The notes under the pieces: generated by a model
The model's database searches: none
What the model saw: only the letters and a program-made list of their open reading frames with translations
Told to the model about the DNA's origin: nothing
Origin: Anaeromyxobacter sp.
GTDB taxonomy: Bacteria; Myxococcota; Myxococcia; Myxococcales; Anaeromyxobacteraceae
Assembly: GCA_049840735.1 (NCBI GenBank)
Contig: JASGJN010000013.1
Location: 761,897 to 825,896 of the forward strand
DNA: 64,000 nucleotides
Reading direction: 5' to 3'
In this document: one piece after another, positions 1-10,600 of the stretch
Layout: each line of letters starts with the position of its first letter
Numbering within the stretch: the first letter of the stretch is position 1
Translations under genes and position numbers: made by a program

Positions 1-2
1 AG

Positions 3-617
3 GAGGCGCGGCTGGTCTACGCCAGCGCGGCGCGGGACTTCGGGGGTGGGGCGGCGGGCGGGGCGGGGGTGGCGGGTGGGGACATCCCGCTGGCCGTGCT
101 GGACGTCGGCGGCGGCTCCACCGAGTGGATCGTGGGCGAGGGGCCGCGACCGCGCGGGCGGGTGAGCCTGCAGCTGGGGGCCGTGCGCCTCACCGAGCGG
201 CACGTGCGGACGGACCCCATCGGGCGCGACGGCGTGACCGCGCTGCGTGACGCGGCGCGCGCGGCGCTGGAAGGCGCGGCGGCGCTGGCGCCGGCGCCGG
301 GCGCGCGGATGGTGGGCGTGGCCGGGACCGTGACCACGCTGGCCGCGGTGGCCCAGGCGCTGCCCCGGCACGACGCCGGCCGCGTGCACGGCGCCGCGCT
401 GGCGCGCGGGGAGGTCGACGCGCTGGTGGACCGCCTGGCGCCCCTTCCGCTGGCGCAGCGCGCGCAGGTGCCGGGGATGGAGCCGAAGCGCGCCGACGTG
501 ATCGTGGCCGGCGCGGTGGTGGTGAGCGAGGCCATGCGCCGGTTCGGGTTCGAGGCGCTGACCGTGTCGGATTGCGGTGTCCGCTGGGGGCTGCTCTACG
601 ACCGCCTCCCTGCGTGA
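3..617 (+). CDS. ppx: Ppx/GppA exopolyphosphatase family protein (5' end truncated by window)
   Basis: Motifs EARLVY, LDVGGGSTE, LGAVRLTE, GVAGTVTTLAA, RADVIVAGA; the frame is open back to the window edge. Confidence 0.9.
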   Translation, partial: EARLVYASAARDFGGGAAGGAGVAGGDIPLAVLDVGGGSTEWIVGEGPRPRGRVSLQLGAVRLTERHVRTDPIGRDGVTALRDAARAALEGAAALAPAPGARMVGVAGTVTTLAAVAQALPRHDAGRVHGAALARGEVDALVDRLAPLPLAQRAQVPGMEPKRADVIVAGAVVVSEAMRRFGFEALTVSDCGVRWGLLYDRLPA

Positions 618-1263
618 GCGGGCGGGGCGCGTCTACGCCGCGCTGGCCTTCGGCCGGGCCGCGGCCGTCTACGGCTTCCTGACCGATCACCCCGCCTGGC
701 GCGCCGACTGCCGCGCCATGGCCGCCCTGGCGACCGGCCCGCGCGTGCTCGACCTGGGCGTGGGCCCCGGGACCAGCGCGCTGGAGATGGCGCGGGCCGA
801 CCCGGCGCGCCGCCACGTGGGGCTCGACCGCTCCGGCGGGATGCTCCGCCTGGCCGCCGACGCCGCCCGCCGCGCCGCCCTCCGGCTGCCGCTGGTCCAG
901 GCCGACGCGCTGGCGCTGCCGCTGCGGACCGGGAGCGTGGACGGCGCCACCGCGCACAGCCTGCTCTACCTGGTCCCGGACGCCGCCGCCGCGCTGCGGG
1001 AGGTGGCCCGCGTGCTCCGGCCCGGCGGGCGCCTGGTGCTGCTCGAGCCGCGCGCCGGCCCGGCGTCGCTGCGCAGCGCCCTGCGCCGCGGCGGGCGCTG
1101 CGCGGCCTCGATGGTGATGTGGCGCTCCATGTCGCGGCTCCATCGCCGCTTCGCCGAGCCCGAGCTGCGGGCCCTGCTCGAGGAGGCCGGCCTGGGCGAG
1201 GCGCGGGCCTGGCCGGTGCTGGACGGCTACGGCGTGATGGCCACCGCCTCCCGTCCGGGTTAG
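577..1263 (+). CDS. Class I SAM-dependent methyltransferase (UbiE-like); true start probably near 610
   Basis: VLDLGVGPG motif I, GLDRS, QADALALPL, ALREVARVLRPGG. Confidence 0.85.
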   Translation: MSAGGCSTTASLRERAGRVYAALAFGRAAAVYGFLTDHPAWRADCRAMAALATGPRVLDLGVGPGTSALEMARADPARRHVGLDRSGGMLRLAADAARRAALRLPLVQADALALPLRTGSVDGATAHSLLYLVPDAAAALREVARVLRPGGRLVLLEPRAGPASLRSALRRGGRCAASMVMWRSMSRLHRRFAEPELRALLEEAGLGEARAWPVLDGYGVMATASRPG

Positions 1264-1274
1264 AACTGGCCCCC

Positions 1275-1928
1275 GTGCGCGCCCCCTGGGCCATCGTCTG
1301 CGACTTCGACGGGACCGCCCTCTCGCTCGACCTCGGCGACGCCGTGGCCACCGAGCTCGGCGATCCCATCGCCTTCGAGCACGCCGAGGCGCGCTACGCC
1401 GCCGGCGAGCTCTCCTTCGGCCACCTGCTCCAGCACGTCTTCGCCCCCGTCCGCGCCAGCCGCGAGGAGATCGCCGCCTTCGCGCGCGCGCGCGCCGCCT
1501 GGCGCCCCGGCTTCCAGGCGTTCCTGGAGCAGTGCCGCGCCGGCGGCGCGCCGTTCCTGATCGTCTCGTCCGGGCTGGACGCGTACATCGAGCCCGTGAT
1601 CGCAGACCTCCCGCGCCCGCTGCGCGACCACGTCCAGCTGCGCGCCAACCGCGCCACCTGCAACGTCGCCGGCCTCTCGATCGAGTTCCACGGCCAGGAC
1701 TGCGGCCACTGCGGCTTCTGCAAGGGCCACGTGGTGCAGGAGCTCCAGGCGCGCGGCCACCGCGTCGCCGCCCTCGGCGACGGCTCCGGCGATCGCCACG
1801 CCGCCCAGGCCGCCGATCACGTCTTCGCCCGCGCCGGCTCCTCGCTGGACCGCTGGTGCGAGGCCACCGGCCTCGCGCACGACAGCTTCGAGACGTTCTT
1901 CGAGGTCATCGAGCGGTTTCCGGGGTGA
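1275..1928 (+). CDS. HAD-IB family phosphatase, MtnX-like
   Basis: CDFDGT motif I, IVSSG motif II, CGHCGFCK, LGDGSGD motif IV; in-frame GTG at 1275 just after the upstream stop. Confidence 0.8.
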   Translation: MRAPWAIVCDFDGTALSLDLGDAVATELGDPIAFEHAEARYAAGELSFGHLLQHVFAPVRASREEIAAFARARAAWRPGFQAFLEQCRAGGAPFLIVSSGLDAYIEPVIADLPRPLRDHVQLRANRATCNVAGLSIEFHGQDCGHCGFCKGHVVQELQARGHRVAALGDGSGDRHAAQAADHVFARAGSSLDRWCEATGLAHDSFETFFEVIERFPG

Positions 1929-1929
1929 G

Positions 1930-1960
1930 GTTGCGGTTCGGCTCCTCGTTCGCCCAGGTC
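1930..1960 (+). repeat. Degenerate direct repeat, copy 1 (related copies at 2101-2139 and 4111-4150)
   Basis: GTTGCGGTTCGGCTCCTCGTTCGCCCAGGTC shares GTTGCGG, CGTTCGCCC and AGGTC with 4111-4144. Confidence 0.5.
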
Positions 1961-2100
1961 GAACCGCTGGCGTTCGCAGGTTGAGCCGCGAGCGTTGGGC
2001 CCTGAACACATCACCGACCGCACGTCACGCCCGCGGGCGTCGAGCGTCTCCCTCCACCGATGGAACCCTGAGTAACTATCGCCGGCGATAGCTCGGGAGG

Positions 2101-2139
2101 GTTGCGGCATCGGATCGCCTTTTCGTGAACCATCCGGGC
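2101..2139 (+). repeat. Degenerate direct repeat, copy 2
   Basis: GTTGCGGCATCGGA...CGTGAA...CCGGGC versus GTTGCGGCATGGA...CGCGAA...CCGGGC at 4111-4150. Confidence 0.5.
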
Positions 2140-2245
2140 TCACCTAGCCCGGCCGCTGGCGCGCTGGTGGTTCTGCCGCTGCACGGTGCACGCCGCTCGA
2201 TGTCAGAGGTCGAGCGTTAGCTCGCGACATCACCGGGGGTGGACC

Positions 2246-4070
2246 ATGCTGAACCCGTTCTCCGAGCTCGACAACCGGGCGCTGAACGCACGCGCTCACG
2301 CGCTGGTGGGCGACGAGCGCCGCCTGATCGTCGAGTTCCTCCAACACCTGGAGGAGATCGAGACCCGCCGCAGCTACGTGGGCGAGGGCTACTCTTCGCT
2401 CTGGGACTTCTGCACCCGAGCACTTCACCTCAGCGAGCCATCCGCTGGCCGCCGCATCGGGGCGATGCGCATTCTCCGCCGCTTCCCAGCCGTCGAGCCG
2501 CCGCTGCGGGATGGCCGCATCAACCTGACCTCGTTGACCCTGCTCGGCCCCATCCTCACCGCGGAGAACGTGGCCGAGGTCCTGGAGCGGGCGGCCCACA
2601 AGACCAGGGCCGAGGTCGATGCGCTGGTCGCGTCCATCCAGCCGCGCCGGGTGGCGGCCGACGGCCTGCGGCGGCTGTCAGCCGCAAACGGGCCTGCCGC
2701 GTCCAGCCTGTTCCCGCAGAGCGTCAACCCTGGTCTTCCCGGGGCCGCTGCCTGGCCCGAGCCTGCGCTCAGCCACCTCGGCGTGACAAGCCCCGCCGGC
2801 GCCGCGCAGCTGATCGCATCCAGCCGCCCGCTGGCCGCCGGCCGGATCCGCGCACCGATCCGGTCCCCGGCTCTCCAGCGAACGTCTCGATCACGGCTCC
2901 GTCGATCGCAACCCCATGCCCCGCCGCTACCTTCGTCGCCAGCGCCCCTGCGGCTGGATTCACCCTGATCCGACAGGACGGCGGCGCTCCCGTGGCGAGC
3001 GCTCTCGCCATCGGACCAGGCCGTGCATCGCTCGGCCCGCCCGCGGGCCCGGACCTGGCCGCCGCCCCGGCGCCCAGCCTGGCGCCACCCCAGGCGCTCC
3101 CCACCCCGCCGTCACGCCCCGAGCTCCGGGCCGTCACCGGCGACTCGTGGTCCTTGCGCGTGACGCTCGACGGCGAGGCGCGGCTGGAATCTGGAGACGC
3201 TCCGGTCCCTGCTCTCGCACAAGTTCCCGAGTGGCGACCTCGCGTCCGTCATCAAGGAAGCGCTCCGCTGTTCCGTGGCACACCACGAGAAGCGCCGCGG
3301 GATGCGGCAGCCGGAACGGGCGCGCGCGGCGAAGACACCCGAGAAGGCCCGCACGCGGAAGCGGACGCGCCGGTCCGCTGCCGCAGCGACGGCGAGTCCT
3401 GACGGTCCACCCGAGGTCTCGCGGGCATCGCTGCCCGCGGAGCGCGGCGCTTGCGGCGCCGAGGAGGACGAAGGTGGCGGGGGTGACCTGCGGCCCCCGC
3501 CCATCGTCGACGTGTCGCCCCGCTCCGGCGCAGCGAGCGGTTCAGGTGCGCCCGAAGTCCGGCCGGTCCCTTCGTCCGCATCGGCCCTATCGGCGCCTTC
3601 GCCCGCGTCGCCGCTCTCGGCCTCCTCGGCCACGGCTGAGCCGAGGGCTCCTGGAGCGCCGCAGCCAGAAGGTGCGCGCATCACCCCTGGTGCGCCAGCT
3701 GCGGGTGACCGTCCGAGCGCAGATGGGTTGGGCGGAGGTGGCCAAACCGATCCGGAAGGCTCGCCCACGCCCGAGCTGCCCGACTGTGCCATCTCCGCCG
3801 GGCCGCATACCGCTCGAGGTCCGGCGCCATGTCTGGCTTCGCGATGGGCGACAGTGCACCTACGTCTCCTCGGATGGCAACCGCTGCTCCTCCCGCTGGC
3901 AACTGGAGCTGCACCACCTCCTGTCAGAGGCGCTGGGCGGCTTGCCCACGAGGGAGAACCTCACGGTGCGCTGCAGGACGCACAACTTCTTCCACGCCGA
4001 GGAGGACTTCGGGCGGGAGTACATGGACCGGTTTCGGCGCCGCCGAGGCAGCGACGGCGCGCCGGGGTGA
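2246..4070 (+). CDS. DUF222-like N-terminal domain + Pro/Ala-rich linker + C-terminal HNH endonuclease; three frameshifts (~2800-2960, 3187, ~3790)
   Basis: N-terminus ERRLIVEFLQHLEEIETRRSY..GYSSLWDFC..LSEPSAGRRI; middle WSLRVTLD/LETLRSLLSHKFPSGDLASVIKEAL; C-terminus IPLEVRRHVWLRDGRQC..C..LELHH..GG..NLTVRCRTHN. Assembled from four overlapping ORFs. Confidence 0.75.
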
Positions 4071-4110
4071 TGGAGGACGGGGCGCCCGACGAGCCCACCA
4101 GCGCCGATGA

Positions 4111-4150
4111 GTTGCGGCATGGAGCCCGTTCGCCCGCGAAGGTCCCGGGC
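4111..4150 (+). repeat. Degenerate direct repeat, copy 3, downstream of the HNH gene
   Basis: GTTGCGGCATGGAGCCCGTTCGCCCGCGAAGGTCCCGGGC. Confidence 0.5.
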
Positions 4151-4170
4151 CGGCCGTCGGTGAGCTGCCG

Positions 4171-4205
4171 GCGAGCCGCCGCGAGGGAGCGGTGGGGCGG
4201 CTCGC
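4171..4205. terminator. Hairpin between convergent genes (possible bidirectional terminator)
   Basis: Arms GCGAGCCGCC (4171-4180) and GGCGGCTCGC (4196-4205); no U-tract. Confidence 0.45.
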
Positions 4206-7200
4206 TAGAACAACCCGATGGTGAAGTGCGGCGCGAAGCTCGGCTCGTTGATGCGCTGGTCGGGCGAGAGGTTGAAGCCGAAGTCGAGCGCGGCGGGGCC
4301 GACGGGGGTGACGAAGCGCAGGCCGAAGCCGGCGTTGGCGCGCAGGCGGCCCATGTCCATCAGCGCGGGATCCAGCCAGAGGTTGCCGACGTCGACGAAC
4401 ACGCCGGCCTCGAGCGACGACGTGAAGGACAGGCGCAGCTCGGCCTTGCCCAGCAGGAAGGCCTCGCCGCCCTCCGAGACGGCGGTCTTGCCCTGCGCGA
4501 TCTCGCGGCCGCGGTCGGTGCAGCCGGCGCTGGTCGGGGAGGTCGCGCAGAGCTGCGCCTCGCGGGCCAGCACCGGGCGCATGTCCTCCTGGATCATCTG
4601 CTCCTCGGCGAAGCCGCGCATGGTGGTGGCGCCGCCCATGAAGAAGCGGCGGGGCACGATGGTGGTGGAGGCGGAGTCGAGCGGCCAGACGCGGCCGCCG
4701 CGGGCGGAGAGCGCCAGGGTGCTGGCCTGGCCGATGGGCAGGTACGCCGACAGCGTCCCGGCGGCCTTGATCAGGTTGGTGTGGATGTCCGAGGCGGGCA
4801 GGAGTCCGCCCAGGGCGCGCTGGCCCTCGCCGCCGAGGGAGCGCTCGTACTCGCCGTACCCGGTGGCGTACCAGCCGCGGCGCGGGTGGGCGGGGTTGTC
4901 GCGGAAGTCGAGGGTGAGCGAGGGGCGGAGCGCGTGCAGGGTGGTGATGCCCTCGGAGAAGCGGAGCCGCTCCACGTCGGCCTGGGTCAGGGGGCCGGAG
5001 GCGCCGGTGCGATCGATGTTGTCGATCTCCAATCTCGTACTGCAGCGAGGCCACGGTGCGGGTGGTGACCCGCGCGTCCACGCCGGCCACGGCCGAGGCG
5101 CTCGCCAGGTTGTAGGAGCGCCGGTGCAGGATTTCGCCGATCACGTCGAGGTGCGCGCCGGACGGCACCTGCAGGAAGCCGAGCCGGGAGGTGCGCAGGC
5201 CCGCGTCCGCGCGCCCCTCGAATCCGCTCGCGCGGCTTCTTGGCGGCGAGGTCGGGGCGGTTGTCGAGCACGTCAATGGGTAGTTCACCTTCCCGCGCAG
5301 CGACAGCTCCACCGCCCGGCCGGCCAGGTTGGGCCGGACGTACTCGACCACGGCGCGCGGGCCGTTGGCGATGGAGAAGCCGGTGCCCTGGGTCAGCGTG
5401 GCGTAGGGGCGCTCGGAGAGGTCGACCACCAGGTCCTTCTCCGGCTGCGGCGCCTCGGGCTCGCTGAGGTGGAGGTTCACCGAGCGGAACACGCCCAGCG
5501 AGAGCAGGGCGGCCTCGCTCGCGGCCGCGGCCTCCAGATCCACACCGACCCCGCCTGCAGCGTCAGCGCCTCGCGGACCACCTCGGGGCGCGTGCGGCGG
5601 TTGCCGGTGATGAGCACCCGGCTGATGCGGGCCTGCGGCCCCTCGCGGATCTGGAACCGGACCACGCCGGTGTGGCGCGCCCGGTCGAGATCCTCGGTGA
5701 CCTCCACGCGCGCCCAGGCGTGGCCGGAGGCGACGTAGGCCCGGAGCAGCGCCAGCCGGGCCTCCTCCACCTGCGGGTAGGCCAGCGGGTCGCTCGCCTC
5801 CAGCCGGATCAGCTTCGCGAGCGCGGCCTCGTCCAGCGTCTCCTGCCCGCTGAACTCCACCCGCTCCACCCGCGTGCGGGCGCCCTCGCGCAGCCGCAGC
5901 GTCACCTGGGCCGTCCGCAGCCGGGAGTCGAGCGCGACGGCGCTGCCCAGGTAGACTGCGTCCAGGTAGCCCTCGGCGCGGTAGGCGTCCACCAGCTGCT
6001 CGGCGGCGCGATCCCATGCGGCCTCGTCGAGGTACTCACCGGCCGGCAGCGGCACCGGCGCCACCGGGCGGAATCCGCCTCGCCGGGCAGCGCCACCGCC
6101 AGCGAGCGGGCCGCGTCGGCCTCCTGCGAGCGCTGCGGCGGGTCCTCCTCGCGCAGCACCGCCACCAGCCGCTCGCGCAGCCAGGCCTCGCTCCGGACGG
6201 TCACGCCCGGGAAGCGGATGGCCTGCACGCGGTAGCGGACCCCCTCCTCAATCCGGAACACCACCGCCAGGCGGTCGCCGCGGGCCTCCTCCTCCACCTC
6301 CGTCCGCACGGCCGCGTAGCCGCGCACGCGGTAGGCGGCCAGGAGCCGGTCCGTGGCGGTCTCCAGCGCGCCGGCGTCCAGCGGCTGCTCGGGGTCGAGC
6401 GCCAGCTCGCGCTCCAGCGTGGCGTCGGGCAGGGCCGCGTTGCCGCGGAAGCCCACCGTCACCCGCGGGCCCGCCGTGACCGGGAACGCCACCTCGGCCT
6501 GCTGGCCCTCCACCGAGACCTGCGGCGTGCCCACGGTGGCGCGCCGCCAGCCGGCCTGGTGCAGCACGAGGCGGAGGGTCCGGGCGTCGTCGGCCAGCAG
6601 GTCCTCGTCGAGCGCCCCGCCCGGCCTGGTGGCCAGCCGCTCCAGCGCCTCCTGCGGCAGGCCCGGGTTGCCCGCCAGCGCCACGGCCGTGACCCGGGTG
6701 ACCGGCCCGGGCTCCACCGACACCTCGACGGCCACGGGGTTCTCGCCGCGGGCCGTCACCATCACGCGCGCGCTGCGGTGGCCGCGCCGCGCCAGCGCGT
6801 CCCGCAGGCGCGCCTCGGCCGCCGGCACGTCCTCCTGCTCGAAGGGGTCGCCCGCCGCGAACCTGACCAGGCCGCGCAGCGCCGGCTCGTCCAGCCCGGC
6901 CGCTCCGGCGCCGCGCAGCGTGACACGCGAGATGCGGCGCACCGCCGTGGCCTCGACCCGCAGCCGCACCCACCCGCCCGCGTCGCTCCCCTCCCCTGCC
7001 TGCCCACCCGGCGACTGCCCACCCGGCGCCTGCCCACCCGGCGCCTGCCCACCCGGCGCCTGCCCGCCCGGCAACTGCCCGCCCGGCGCCTGCGCCGGCT
7101 CGGCGAGGATCCGGATCGTGCGGTAGCGGCCGGTCTGGTGCAGCCGCTGCACCGCCTGCCGGAGGGCGCGGGCCGAGAGCCAATCGCCCGCGCCGATGCC

Positions 7201-7670
7201 CACCAGCGCCGCGGCCTCCTCGTCCGGCGCGGGCAGCGCCAGCACCACCTCGGCGACGCGCACCTGCGCCCCGCCGGACGCGTCCGGGGCCGCCGCGCCG
7301 GCCGGCCAGTCGGAGGGCTCGGGCACCACCGCCCCCGCCGGCGTCCCGGGGGCCGGACCGCCTCCGCAGGCCGGACCGGCTCCGGCGCCGGGACCGGCCG
7401 CGCGGCCGGGCCGGACGCGGCGGGTGCACCAGGCCCTGCCTCGGCGCGGGCGGGCTCGACCGCGTCCAGCTCGATCGCGTCCAGGCCCTCCGCCCCGGGT
7501 TCGTCCGCAGGCGCGGCCTGGGCGGTCGCTGCCGGACCAGCAGCCTCCTCGCCGCCGGCACCGCGCGCGCCCGTCACGTCACCGGCCGCCCCCGCGGCGC
7601 CGCCGGGCTCCTGGGCGGCCCCGCCGGCCACCAGGGCCAGCGCCGCGACGGCGGCGAGCGCGCGGATCAC
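4205..7670 (-). CDS. Omp85/BamA-TamA family outer membrane protein with POTRA domains; about six frameshifts (~7345, 6071, ~5545, ~5277, 5220, ~5031)
   Basis: Signal peptide (VIRALAAVAALALVAGGAA), POTRA segments (ITGNRRTRPEVVRE, LGVFRSV), barrel motifs RFFMGGATTMRGF, GFGLRFVTPVGP and C-terminal HFTIGLF; GTG overlaps the tamB stop. Confidence 0.85.
6999..7088 (-). repeat. 15-bp tandem repeat x6 encoding (A/L/S)PGGQ inside the Omp85 gene
   Basis: + strand unit (C/A)CTGCCC(A/G)CCCGGC(G/A) at 6999, 7014, 7029, 7044, 7059 and 7074. Confidence 0.9.
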
Positions 7671-10600
7671 CGGTCGTCCGACCATTCCCAGCGGAGCTTC
7701 AGATCCAGCCCGTGATCGCCGGTGGACACGTCCGGGCTCTCGTTGTCCCACTGGTACTGCAGCGCGGTGTGGTCGCCCAGGCGCAGCTCGGCCTGCGCCT
7801 TGCGCCCGCGGGTGTTGCTGAGCGGCGACTGGAACCGCAGCCGCAGCTTGTCCTTCATGAGCCAGGACTCGAACTCGGCCAGCGGCTCCACCTGGCCGGT
7901 CTCCTCGGAGTAGCCGGTGGTGATGCGCATCGACAGGTCGCGCACCGGCCCGCCGCGCGGCAGGAAGCGGCGCACCTGGGCGTCCAGCCCGGAGGCCGAG
8001 AACAGGGCCTGCGCCGCGGCCGCGGTGGCCACGCCGCCCACGCCGCCGCCGGCGCCGGCGTCGCGCCGGGTGTAGCCCAGCGAGAGGAGCGTGACGATGT
8101 CCTGCTCGGGCAGGGCGGGCAGGCTGGTGAGGGTCACCTTGGGCTGCGCGGCCGGGCCGAGCACGTGCAGGAACACCTGGTAGTCGCGCACGGCCGACTC
8201 GCCGGTCACGTCCACGCCCATGTCGATCCTGGAGCGGTCGGTGAAGTCCAGGATGGCGTGGGTGAGGTTGAACTCGTTGCCGCGGAAGAGCAGCCGGCTG
8301 CCCTGCCCCATGGCCAGGCTGCCCACCACGCCCGGCGCGGCCAGCGTACCGGTCACGGTCAGGTCGCCGGCCAGCGGCCCGCGCACCATGTCGTTCTCCA
8401 CGCGCACGTCGCCGTCCACCGCCAGCTGCAGGTCGAAGCGCAGCCACTCGTCGGCGCGGTCGTAGGCGCGCGCCACCGGCGCCGGACGCCGGCGCAGCTC
8501 CAGCAGGCTGCCCTCCAGGTCCACGTCGGCGGTGTAGCGGGCGCGGTTGACGTGCAGCTTGCCGGTGACGGTGGTGGCGTCGGGCGTGCCGGCGGCCGCG
8601 ATGCGCCCGCTGAACGTGGCCGGGAGCGCCGGCAGCACCGCCAGCGGCACCTCCTCCAGCGTGCCCTCCACGTCCAGCCGGGCCGGGATGAGCCGCTGCA
8701 GCTCGATGGCGCCCTTGAAGGTGGCGCGGCCGCCGTTCACCGACGCGTCCAGCCGGTCGAAGAGCACGCGGTTCTGCGAGAACGCCAGCCCGCCGCGCAC
8801 GTCGGCGAAGGTGGCGGCCAGCCCCCGCACCTGGAAGCCGGCGTCCGCCACGCGCCCGGCGCCCACCAGCAGCGGCTCGTCCAGCGTGCCGCCCAGGTGC
8901 GCCTCGAGCGCCACCGTGCCGTGCGCGCGCCGGACCGGCGGGACGGCGCCGGCCAGGAGCCGCAGGTCGAGGGCCCCGGAGGCGGCCACGTCGAGCGCGC
9001 CGGTGGCGGCGCGCACGCCGGAGATGGTGAGCTCGGTGCTCTGCCCGCGCAGCGTCACCGGCGCCAGCTCCCAGCGGCCGCGGGCGGCCGAGAGCCGCAC
9101 CGGCCCGGTGGCCTCGACCCGCAGGTCGGCGTAGGAGAGCGCCAGCTGCGTGGCGGTGGCGCTGAGGTGGGCCTGCGCCAGGTCCGCCAGCTCGCCCTCG
9201 GCGGCCGCCTCGCCGGCCAGGTGCGCGCGCAGCGTGCGGGGCACCCCGTCCACCCAGCGCGCCAGGTCCTCGACCGCCACGGTGCCGCGCGCGCGGAAGG
9301 GCATGCGCCCCTCCAGGCTGGCCTCCGCGGAGAGGTCCACGCCCTCGGCGCCAGCCGTCAGCAGCAGCTTCGTGCCGGTCAGCGTCCCGCCGGCCTCCAC
9401 CTTGCCCAGCCGCACGCCCGAGACCGCCACCGCGTCGGCGCTGAGCGCGCCGCGCACGCGCGGCTGCTCGAACGAGCCGGCCAGGCTGGCGGTGCCGCTG
9501 GCCAGGCCGGCCCAGCTGCCGGGCAGGCCCAGCGCCTCGAGCGGCAGGCCCGAGGCGGCCAGCTGCAGGTCCCAGGAGAACGGCGGCGCCAGCCCCCAGG
9601 TGCCCTGCGCCCGCACCAGCCCCGACTCGCGCCGCAGCTCGGCCCGCTCGAAGCGGACCTCCTGCGCCGCCCGGATGTGCCCCACCGCCCGGCCGCTGGT
9701 GAAGCTGCGCCCCAGCAGCGCGCCGGCGCCCAGCGTGGCGTCGAAGTCGGCGTCCGGCGTGGCGGCCGGCCCCTGCGCCGAGGCGGTCAGCTCGACTTCG
9801 CCGTCCAGCGCGTCGCGCAGGTAGCGGGTGCGCGGCAGCCAGTCCATCACCGCGTCGCAGAGATCGTGGACCCGTCCGCGCGCCTGCACGTGGGCGGACA
9901 CCAGCTGCGTGGGGGTGCGGTGGAGGTCGAGCAGCAGGTCGCCGCGGTAGCGGGCGCTGGCGCGCGCCCCGTCCACCCCGGCGAAGTGGAGCTTGCCCGC
10001 GTCGTAGAGGAAGTCGGTGGTGGCGGCGCCCAGGTCCACGTCCAGGAAGCGCAGCCCCGTCGCGCGGCCGTGCCCCTCGATGCGCGGCGCGCCGTAGGGC
10101 GCCGCGCCCAGCCGTGCGTCCAGGGTGGCCAGCCCGGCCATGGGGAGCGAGGCCACCCGCCCGAGCGCGGTCAGGTCCACGTCGCCGCGAGCCTCCACCC
10201 GGAACCCGCCCGCGCGGTTGAAGTGGATGGCGGCGTCGGCCGCCACCGCCCCGCGGCCCATCTGCAGCTGCGCCCCGGTGAAGACCAGCGCCTCCGCGTC
10301 CACCTTCACGGCGGTGGCGATGTGCCCCTTCTCGAAGGCCACCACGCCGGGATCGGCGCCGCCCTCGCGGTAGGAGCGGGTGAGCGCCTTGAGGTTGCGG
10401 AGCCCCAGCTCCAGCCGCCCCTCCAGCGCCGGCGGCCAGAGCGGCCCCTCCACGTGCCCCTTCCCGTCCAGCCGGAGCGTGATCCAGGGGTCGCGCACGG
10501 TGAGCCGGTGCAGCACCTCGCCCAGCTCGACGCCGGCGAGCTCGACGTCGGCGGTGGTGGGCAGCCCGCGGACCAGCCGCACCGCGCCGCGGATGGCCAC

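Noticed and set aside
2246..4070. IscB/Cas9-like RNA-guided nuclease
   Set aside because: No PLMP or RuvC motifs seen; the HNH domain is C-terminal after a low-complexity linker.
1930..4150. CRISPR array or integron attC sites around the HNH gene
   Set aside because: Only three degenerate copies with irregular spacing, no cas or intI gene, and GTTGCGG does not match GTTRRRY.
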